Shown: piece by piece, positions 6,664 through 12,962 of the stretch
Layout: each line of letters opens with the position of its first letter
Position numbering within the stretch: the stretch's first letter is position 1
From: an archaeon
Lineage (GTDB): Archaea; Iainarchaeota; Iainarchaeia; Iainarchaeales; CSSED10-239
DNA length: 12,962 nt
Direction of reading: 5' to 3'
Assembly: GCA_035357435.1 (NCBI GenBank)
Contig: DAOPNM010000014.1
Span: 1 to 12,962, forward strand
Translations under genes and position numbers: made by a program
The notes under the pieces: model-generated
Told to the model about the DNA's origin: nothing
Seen by the model: only the letters and a program-made list of their open reading frames with translations
The model's database searches: none

Positions 6664-7746
6664 CTAAATTTCTGCAACTCCATAATCTACTGGTTCCTCA
6701 TCCTTATATGTATTTTCAGAATAAGATTCTGTGCCTTCTAAAAAAGGAATTGTAGCACCAGAAATTACAACCATTACTTTAACAATTTTTTTTGCAAGAT
6801 TTTCATCAATCATTGCACCCCATATAATATGTGCATCTTCATGAATTCTTGAAGCGACTGTTTCAACAACTAATTCTGCTTCCTTTAAGGTTAGATCATT
6901 TCCACCTATTACATTAATCAATGCCTTCTTTGCACCTGAAATATCTATATCTAACAATGGAGAAGTTAATGCCGCCTCTGTAGCTTCAATTGCTCTAACA
7001 TCATTTGGTTTATCCACTGTACTCTCACCTACACCAATCATTGCTACACCACCTTTTGAAAGAACAGTTTTAAGATCTGCAAAATCTAAATTAATAATAC
7101 CTGCTTTCGTAACTAACTCAACAATACCTTTTACTGCATATGTTAAAACTTTATCTACCTCTTGAAATGCCAACTGTAATGGTAAATTAGGAGTCATCTC
7201 TAAAATTTTATCATTAGGTATAACAATTAATGTATCTACATTCTTTTTTAACTTTTCTAAACCAACTAAAGCATTTTCAATTCTTATCTTTCCTTCAACA
7301 GCAAATGGCAAAGTAACAACACCTATTGTTAATGCCCCTAATTCCTTTGCAACTTTTGCAGTAACAGGTGCTGCACCTGTTCCTGTTCCGCCACCTAAAC
7401 CACATGTTATAAAAACCATATCATAACCAGTTAATAACATTTTAATATCTTCTATTGACTCCTCTGCTGCTTTTTCTCCTACTTCTGGGTTTGAACCAGC
7501 ACCTAAACCTTTTGTTGATTTTTTTCCTAACAACAATTTTTTATCAGCAATTGATGAAATTAGAGATTGTGCATCTGTATTAAATGCTACTAATTCAGCA
7601 CCATCAATCCCAATTTTATTCATTCTTGCAAGTGTGTTGTTTCCACTACCGCCAATACCTACAACCATTATTTTTGGTAAAGATTGCACTAAAAAATCTT
7701 CTAATTCCTTATCTTGATTTTTTGTTTTTGAATTTTCTTCTGGCAT
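6664..7746 (-). CDS. ftsZ: Cell division GTPase FtsZ
   Basis: Tubulin/FtsZ signatures are present: VVGIGGSGNN, the GTP-binding loop GLGGGTGTGAAPV, and T7-loop NLDFADLKTV. An acidic C-terminal tail is present. Confidence 0.95.
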   Translation of the reverse strand: MPEENSKTKNQDKELEDFLVQSLPKIMVVGIGGSGNNTLARMNKIGIDGAELVAFNTDAQSLISSIADKKLLLGKKSTKGLGAGSNPEVGEKAAEESIEDIKMLLTGYDMVFITCGLGGGTGTGAAPVTAKVAKELGALTIGVVTLPFAVEGKIRIENALVGLEKLKKNVDTLIVIPNDKILEMTPNLPLQLAFQEVDKVLTYAVKGIVELVTKAGIINLDFADLKTVLSKGGVAMIGVGESTVDKPNDVRAIEATEAALTSPLLDIDISGAKKALINVIGGNDLTLKEAELVVETVASRIHEDAHIIWGAMIDENLAKKIVKVMVVISGATIPFLEGTESYSENTYKDEEPVDYGVAEI

Positions 7747-7923
7747 AATTATCTATTTTAAATATTTGGGTATTGCTGTTATTTATTTACATCATTTCAT
7801 AATTTTATTAAAAAATACAAAAGACAAAATAAAAAAAGCAATAATATATTAATTAATAGATAGAAAAATTTTTAAATAGAAAGATATTATATCTTTTAAA
7901 GAAAACAAGAAAAATGAAATAAA
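7747..7923. promoter_or_regulatory. Divergent promoter region between ftsZ (-) and the eIF-2B-family gene (+), containing a 17-bp perfect palindrome
   Basis: There are several TATA-like A/T boxes, for example TTTTTAAATA at 7868-7877, about 50 nt upstream of the plus-strand ATG. The palindrome AAAGATAT-T-ATATCTTT at 7880-7896 lies between that box and the start codon. Exact promoter elements cannot be fixed in such AT-rich DNA. Confidence 0.35.
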
Positions 7924-8844
7924 ATGATAGACTTAAACATTAAAAAACTTGCAGAAGACATAAAATCTATAAAAATACAAGGGGCAAGCAATATAGAACA
8001 AGAATCTATCAAAGGTATAGAAAAATATATATTAAAAACAAATAAAAATGGGCAAGACTTTCTAAATGAACTTACAGAAAACATTCAAGAACTTATAAGC
8101 CAAAGACCAAATGAACCAAAACTAAGAAATTCAATGAACTACATTTTAAAAAAAGCAAACGAATACAAATATGAACTAGACAAAACAAAATTATTACAAG
8201 ACATAAAAAACTATCATGAACAAATACAAAAAAATAATGCAAAAATTTCAGAACTTGCATCTAAACTAATTACCAATGGTTCAAAAATATTAACACACTG
8301 CCATTCTACACTTGTAGAAAATGCTTTCAAAAAAGCAAAAGATGCAGGAATTGATTTTGAAGTTTTTTGTACAGAAACACGACCATTATTTCAAGGAAGA
8401 ATAACAGCTAAAAATTTATGTGAATATGGTATTAAAACAACAATGCTAATAGACTCCGAAATAACACACATTCTTAAAAGTGTAGATTTTTTTTTCACAG
8501 GAGCAGATGTTGTATTCTCAGATGGATCAATTATGAACAAAGTTGGGACAACTGCAATTAGTATGTGTGCACAAAAATATAACACACCACATATTGTATT
8601 AACTCCCACTCATTGTTGTGAAACAAATGAACTATTAAATATAAACCAACAAATAGAAGAAAGAGATCCAAACGAAATATGGGAAAAAGAAAACAGACCC
8701 CCAACTCTAAATATAAGAAACCCTGCATTTGACATTGTGCCAAATGAGCTAATAGACAAATTTATAACAGAAGAAGGAGTGTTCTCTCCAGAAACTTTAT
8801 ACCTTTGGGTAAACAAATATAAATTAGGTAAAGAAAAAACATAA
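7924..8844 (+). CDS. eIF-2B alpha/beta/delta-family protein, most likely ribose-1,5-bisphosphate isomerase
   Basis: The family core is KILTHCHSTLVENAF...FCTETRPLFQGRITAKNL...IDSE...FFFTGADVVFSDGSIMNKVGTTAISMCA. A Cys in THCHS (C126) and an Asp in GAD (D195) are spaced 69 residues apart, which is consistent with the catalytic Cys/Asp pair of the isomerase subgroup. Confidence 0.8.
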   Translation: MIDLNIKKLAEDIKSIKIQGASNIEQESIKGIEKYILKTNKNGQDFLNELTENIQELISQRPNEPKLRNSMNYILKKANEYKYELDKTKLLQDIKNYHEQIQKNNAKISELASKLITNGSKILTHCHSTLVENAFKKAKDAGIDFEVFCTETRPLFQGRITAKNLCEYGIKTTMLIDSEITHILKSVDFFFTGADVVFSDGSIMNKVGTTAISMCAQKYNTPHIVLTPTHCCETNELLNINQQIEERDPNEIWEKENRPPTLNIRNPAFDIVPNELIDKFITEEGVFSPETLYLWVNKYKLGKEKT

Positions 8845-8846
8845 AA

Positions 8847-8990
8847 CTATTTTTGAACAGATTTAGATCTTTCAATTGCTTTTTTTATTCTTTCTTCTTT
8901 TTTCTTTTTATACTGCTTTTGCAATGCTTCTACTTTTTTTTGATACTTCTTAAAATCCTTTTCTTCTTTTCTTTTTCTTACTGTCGTCAT
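8847..8990 (-). CDS. Hypothetical 47-aa highly basic (Lys-rich) helical protein downstream of polB
   Basis: Hand translation: MTTVRKRKEEKDFKKYQKKVEALQKQYKKKKEERIKKAIERSKSVQK*. The ATG at 8988-8990 is preceded by GAAGGTTGAT, with 5 nt of A before the ATG. It lies 35 nt after the polB stop on the same strand. It is low-complexity and could be a chance ORF in A-rich sequence. Confidence 0.35.
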   Translation of the reverse strand: MTTVRKRKEEKDFKKYQKKVEALQKQYKKKKEERIKKAIERSKSVQK

Positions 8991-9025
8991 TTTTTATCAA
9001 CCTTCTTTTAATTACAATATATAAA

Positions 9026-11467
9026 TTACTTAAAAAAATCTTTTAAACCTTTTTGTTTTACACCAGTCAACAATTCATCCTTTGAAACATTAAATATTTC
9101 TAAAATTGGATAAATTGCAGGAATCAATTGATGATTAATATAATAATCAACATCATAATCTTTTTCTTTAACATACTCTGCCAACCTTGCTTTGTCAGAA
9201 ATAGATGAACCAGGATAATTTGTTATAATAAAATCTACAACACCCTTATTTTTAATAAAATGACCTTGCTTTTTAGCAAAAGAAATTGCAGACATTGCAG
9301 GGTTTATTGTTTTATATTTACTTAAATCTTTATGAACTGCAGATTGAATAATTAATTTGGAATTTGGAAACTTCTTTTCTCTTAAATCACTAATAACAGA
9401 CCTTACATAATTAATTGATGAAATAGGATCCTCTTTATCTAAAATTAACTCTAAAACTTTCCTTTGTGTCTCTTTAACAAGAGGGCACCAATCTCTTCTT
9501 ACAAATTCAAAACCCTTAATAATTAAATTCCCTTGAAAATCTAAAAGTGCATACTTCTTCTTTGCAACTTTATCATTGCCACGGGCCATAACAAATAATC
9601 CAGATTTATAAACATCTTGCAATTCTAAATACATATCATTTGGCAAACTTTTATTTATTTTATCTAAAGTAGTTTTTAATTTAGTTAAATCCTGAAAATG
9701 TACAAAACAAGAATCTGTATCACCATAAATTACCTGATGACCTTCTTCTTCAAACACAGTAATAGTATCTTGTATTTTTGTTCTAACTAAATGATACATA
9801 ATCTCTAAACAAGTTTTGCAATACCACCGTGCACCAGAAAAACCCATATATCCATATGTAGAAGCTAAAAGAATTTTCTGTGCATATTGCTTTGCATAAA
9901 GGGACTTATATTCTTGTGAATCTTTTGATAATCCTTTCATCTGCTCCTTAACAACAATACGTGAATCTAAAAGTTCTTTGAGAAGTTTTGGCACAAACCC
10001 AACATGATTTGTGGAAATAGAATGCCCAAGAAATAATGGATTTTTATTTGAATTATCTTTTTCAATATCAACTGTATCTGGGCTAATATTATAAGAAAGA
10101 AGTAAAGAAATATGATAACTTCTGAAATCTACAACAGCAATATTTTTATGTAAACCAGAAATTGGAGGATGAACATATGCCCCAGAAAACTTATAACGCA
10201 CCCTTTCTGAAATAGTTTCAGAGGATGGCTTATTTGGAATTAATAAATTATTATTAATATAATAACTCATAAATCTTCTTTCAACCATTGCACCAACACT
10301 TGTGCGTAAAACATCAGAAATAGGAGAATTTATTAACCTTGAAATTTCATAAACTATAGAATAATAATTTAATGCCAAATCATGAGTAGCTAAAACATCA
10401 TCTTGATTATAAACTATAATTTTAAAAAAATCATGATTTAAAAAACAAGATCTCATATCTTGTGGGGGCAAACTTAATTTAGACTTATTCATTAATTTTG
10501 GATAAAGTGTATTTAAATCCAATCTTGGAAAATTAAACACACCTAAATGATTCAACAACCTCATAAGCACATAAACATCAAAGTGTATAACACCATCAAT
10601 GTAAACAGATTTATTACCTTTATTATGAAAATGTATTTGCCTATTCCCTATTGTAAAATCGTTCCCTGTTAATAATTTATATCTTTTAAAAATATATTCA
10701 AAATCAAAAGAATCACCATTATATGTAAAAATAATATCTGGATCAATTTTAGATAAACACTCAGAAAAAGAAGACAAAAGAGAAACTTCATTATCAAAAA
10801 GAAAAATTTGTGAACCTTTTATTTTTGACTCATACTCTTTTTTTAAAACTGATAAAGAGTCTTTCATATTAGGACAGAAAGCAAAAACAAATTTATTTTC
10901 AAATTTATCTTCTACACAAATAGAAATAATCTCATTAAATTTAGGATTTGGGAAATCATTAGTTGGAGGGAGCACTTCTATATCAAATGTACAAAACATT
11001 AAATCACTAGGGTTTGTTTCTCCAATAACCTCATAACTTAACAAATGATTATCTTCTGAAACAAATTTTATTTTTTTAAAATTAGAAAGATTATTATCTA
11101 AAAAAAACCTTTCAATAAAAGGAATATCATATTCATAAAGAACTACTTTTGTACTTAACTTATGTGTTTCTTTTAAAAATAACTCTCGTGCTTTAACTAA
11201 TGACTCTATATTATCAAAAACAATTTTATAAACATTTTTTGCATTATCTTTAGGTGTTTTAATAATTTGCAAAACATTAGGTAATATACTTGATATCAAA
11301 TGAACATCTTGGGGATTAAGTTCATTAGAAGAAACCATATAAAAATAAGGATTAAAATCAAAAAAATAATCTTTTTTTAAACTATCTTCTTTTATAGTTA
11401 ACCAAAGACCATTGTTATAATATGCATCAATAATAGTACCAATAGATACTTTTTTTTCAAAAGCCAT
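9026..11467 (-). CDS. polB: Family B DNA polymerase (PolB), 813 aa, with exonuclease and polymerase domains both present
   Basis: Exo I is CTFDIEV, Exo II is FTYNGDSFDFEY and Exo III is VYNQDDVLATHDL. Motif A is VVDFRSYHISLLLSYNISPDT, motif B is KILLASTYGYMG and motif C is VIYGDTDSCFV. KKKYALLD...FEFVRRDWCPLVKETQ is also present. It is collinear with Pyrococcus/Thermococcus-type PolB as recalled from memory. Confidence 0.95.
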   Translation of the reverse strand: MAFEKKVSIGTIIDAYYNNGLWLTIKEDSLKKDYFFDFNPYFYMVSSNELNPQDVHLISSILPNVLQIIKTPKDNAKNVYKIVFDNIESLVKARELFLKETHKLSTKVVLYEYDIPFIERFFLDNNLSNFKKIKFVSEDNHLLSYEVIGETNPSDLMFCTFDIEVLPPTNDFPNPKFNEIISICVEDKFENKFVFAFCPNMKDSLSVLKKEYESKIKGSQIFLFDNEVSLLSSFSECLSKIDPDIIFTYNGDSFDFEYIFKRYKLLTGNDFTIGNRQIHFHNKGNKSVYIDGVIHFDVYVLMRLLNHLGVFNFPRLDLNTLYPKLMNKSKLSLPPQDMRSCFLNHDFFKIIVYNQDDVLATHDLALNYYSIVYEISRLINSPISDVLRTSVGAMVERRFMSYYINNNLLIPNKPSSETISERVRYKFSGAYVHPPISGLHKNIAVVDFRSYHISLLLSYNISPDTVDIEKDNSNKNPLFLGHSISTNHVGFVPKLLKELLDSRIVVKEQMKGLSKDSQEYKSLYAKQYAQKILLASTYGYMGFSGARWYCKTCLEIMYHLVRTKIQDTITVFEEEGHQVIYGDTDSCFVHFQDLTKLKTTLDKINKSLPNDMYLELQDVYKSGLFVMARGNDKVAKKKYALLDFQGNLIIKGFEFVRRDWCPLVKETQRKVLELILDKEDPISSINYVRSVISDLREKKFPNSKLIIQSAVHKDLSKYKTINPAMSAISFAKKQGHFIKNKGVVDFIITNYPGSSISDKARLAEYVKEKDYDVDYYINHQLIPAIYPILEIFNVSKDELLTGVKQKGLKDFFK

Positions 11468-11509
11468 AAATAATCTAAAAATATATAAAACAAAAAGAAA
11501 TAAAAAGAA

Positions 11510-12214
11510 TTAGATTAAGGTAACAAGCCAAGAAATCAAAACAAAAACACCAATCATTAAAAGTGTTAAAAAGAACTTACCCCAACCATTTTCAATATTA
11601 TATATTTCCCCAACTAAGTGGTATAACATTATAAACACATAAACTATAAACAAAATAAACAAAAGACATAATAAAATCATTCCAAAAATGTGGAAACCTG
11701 TAAATACAGGAAATACAAGTGTGCCATTAACTAAAACAGATGGATTTAAAAACACAGTTTGCAAAAGAGAAATTAATGGATTAGCAAATATTAAAATAAT
11801 TATAGTTGCCAATAACAAAAATAATATATAAACTGCTTTAAATGAAGATAACCCAGAAAGAATCTTATTAAACAAATTTTCTTTATGGTTATTACCCTTA
11901 ATAATTAAAGCTACAACATAAAAAATAACACCCATTAAAAACCAAGAAATAACAATAGCTTCAGCTATTCTTAATAATCCATATGTACCAAAGGCGCCTG
12001 GAAACTTCAAACATGCCAAAAGAACAAGTTCAAAAAGTGTTGCAATTAAAACAACTAAAAAAGCAGTCCCTACACTAATCTTATTAAAAAAATGGTTAAC
12101 AAGTGCTTTTGGTTTTAAAGAAACCCTTACATCTTGTTCTTCAATCAAATTTTTTTTTAAGCCCATGCTTTTCATTTTTGAGCTCTTAAATTGACTTCTT
12201 TTTAGTTCTGCCAT
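11510..12214 (-). CDS. Hypothetical polytopic membrane protein (basic N-terminal tail plus about 5-6 TM); Yip1/DUF1282-like architecture is only a guess
   Basis: ATG start. The N-terminal 40 aa are basic (MAELKRSQFKSSKMKSMGLKKNL...). Long hydrophobic helices follow to the C-terminus. No catalytic motif. Confidence 0.55.
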   Translation of the reverse strand: MAELKRSQFKSSKMKSMGLKKNLIEEQDVRVSLKPKALVNHFFNKISVGTAFLVVLIATLFELVLLACLKFPGAFGTYGLLRIAEAIVISWFLMGVIFYVVALIIKGNNHKENLFNKILSGLSSFKAVYILFLLLATIIILIFANPLISLLQTVFLNPSVLVNGTLVFPVFTGFHIFGMILLCLLFILFIVYVFIMLYHLVGEIYNIENGWGKFFLTLLMIGVFVLISWLVTLI

Positions 12215-12384
12215 ATATTCTCAGTTTTTAAACATTTTTTTTAAAAAAACTAATAATATATTATTCCTATAATTATAAATACCTTTCTATGCAATATTCT
12301 TTAATTAAAAACAGAAATATTTTATGGAAATAAATATTTTATTTATAAAAACAATACAAATCAAATTAAAACAAACTAACAAAT

Positions 12385-12389
12385 GGTGA
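12385..12389 (+). promoter_or_regulatory. Shine-Dalgarno (GGTGA) for aIF5A
   Basis: The sequence AAATGGTGAAAAAATG places GGTGA 4 nt upstream of the ATG at 12394. Confidence 0.55.
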
Positions 12390-12393
12390 AAAA

Positions 12394-12792
12394 ATGGGGA
12401 GAGATTTTGAAATTAAATTTGCACAACTTGGGCAATTAAAAGAAGGACAATATATAGTGATAGAAGATATTATTTGTAAAATAGATAGTATGGAAAAATC
12501 TAAACCTGGAAAACATGGTGCTGCAAAAATAAGAATGACTGCTACAGGTGTATTCAATGATAAAAAAATGAATTTATTAAAAGGAACAGGTGTAGATGTT
12601 GAAGTACCAATCATGGATAAAGGAAATGCACAAATAATTGCAAATCTTGGGGACAAATATCAAATAATGGACACAACAAATTATCAAACCTTTGATGTAG
12701 ATAAACGAGAATTTACAGATTTACAACCAGGTGACAATGTAGAATATATAAAAGCAGGATCACAAGTAAGAATTGTAAGAAAAAAAGGATAA
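12394..12792 (+). CDS. eif5a: Translation initiation/elongation factor 5A (aIF5A)
   Basis: The hypusine-loop signature SKPGKHGAAKIRM is present. The N-terminus QLKEGQYIVIED..C.I is SH3-like. The C-terminal OB-like part is VEVPIMDKGNAQIIANLGDKYQIMD. Length is 132 aa. Confidence 0.95.
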   Translation: MGRDFEIKFAQLGQLKEGQYIVIEDIICKIDSMEKSKPGKHGAAKIRMTATGVFNDKKMNLLKGTGVDVEVPIMDKGNAQIIANLGDKYQIMDTTNYQTFDVDKREFTDLQPGDNVEYIKAGSQVRIVRKKG

Positions 12793-12793
12793 A

Positions 12794-12962
12794 TTATTTT
12801 TTTGATTTTAAAAAAAAATCAAAATCTTTTTCTTCTAATTTTGTAAAAAGTATTTCTGGTTTATTAATTTTTTTATCTTTAATTGATCTTAAATCAAATG
12901 CTAATTTTTTATTATCTGTATTCAAAAAATCAAAAATCTTTTCACAAGAACTTGGAATTATT
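12794..12962 (-). CDS. metG: C-terminal fragment of a class-I aminoacyl-tRNA synthetase, probably methionyl-tRNA synthetase (N-terminus lies beyond the right edge)
   Basis: Hand translation of the minus strand from 12961: IIPSSCEKIFDFLNTDNKKLAFDLRSIKDKKINKPEILFTKLEEKDFDFFLKSKK*, with the stop at 12794-12796. The pattern (M)PxxxxKIxxxL...(gap)...I.KPExLFxKxEE resembles the end of the MetRS anticodon-binding domain. This rests on only 55 residues, so it is tentative. Confidence 0.4.
   Translation of the reverse strand, partial: IIPSSCEKIFDFLNTDNKKLAFDLRSIKDKKINKPEILFTKLEEKDFDFFLKSKK

Noticed and set aside
7914-7922. Mini-uORF ATG-AAA-TAA immediately before the eIF-2B-family start
   Set aside because: It arises from a tandem AAAATGA duplication in A-rich sequence, has no independent RBS, and is too short to evaluate.
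7896-8084. 62-aa minus-strand ORF in the track
   Set aside because: It is antisense to the 5' end of the eIF-2B-family gene. Its hydrophobic junk composition (F/S/I/L) is typical of the reverse frame of K/E/N-rich genes.
8391-8816. Three overlapping minus-strand ORFs (8391-8609, 8558-8743, 8610-8816)
   Set aside because: All three are antisense within the eIF-2B-family gene, and they overlap one another in different frames. They are shadow ORFs.
9026-11467. Possibility of an intein, split gene or inactivated PolB2-type pseudopolymerase
   Set aside because: The length (813 aa) and uninterrupted collinearity with intein-free PolBs leave no room for an intein. There are no internal stops, and the Exo I-III and YGDTDS catalytic motifs are intact.
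12366-12656. 96-aa minus-strand ORF in the track
   Set aside because: It is antisense to aIF5A, which carries the diagnostic hypusine loop. It is a shadow ORF.
1-12962. Mobile element, prophage or defence island anywhere in the window
   Set aside because: I found no integrase, transposase or recombinase, no terminal inverted or direct repeats, no tRNA attachment site, no nuclease/ATPase/TIR/Cas-like motifs, and no compositional shift. Gene content is core housekeeping plus membrane proteins.

Overview
This is a very AT-rich, tightly packed archaeal chromosomal segment. The archaeal assignment rests on Sec61beta and SecE/Sec61gamma, Spt5, aIF5A, FtsZ, a type-2 methionine aminopeptidase and a family-B DNA polymerase. 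The K/N/I-rich proteins and 1-40 nt intergenic spacers suggest a small-genome DPANN-type archaeon, but that is inference only. The backbone is housekeeping. On the minus strand there is an ftsZ-secE-spt5-rpl11 array, map, polB and a probable metG 3' end. On the plus strand there are an eIF-2B-family (ribose-1,5-bisphosphate isomerase-like) gene and aIF5A. Interleaved with these are six membrane or surface proteins with no clear function: a GtrA-like fragment, a type-II anchored ectodomain protein, a polytopic protein translationally abutted to a signal-peptide/coiled-coil/C-terminal-anchor protein, a small CARDB-like anchored protein, and a polytopic protein between polB and aIF5A. By hand translation I found genes absent from the ORF track: Sec61beta (372..521), SecE (6459..6632), a 47-aa Lys-rich ORF (8847..8990), and two edge-truncated ORFs. 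I saw no rRNA, tRNA, CRISPR array, transposase, integrase or recognisable defence gene, so I cannot point to a clear novel system. The most unusual observation is that the otherwise intact PolB has non-canonical residues at the motif-A steric-gate position and at the motif-B Asn. Lesser points are the uncharacterised membrane operon, the small basic ORF after polB, a recurrent ATGGTGA Shine-Dalgarno/decoy-start motif that causes start miscalls, and near-zero spacing at convergent gene ends.
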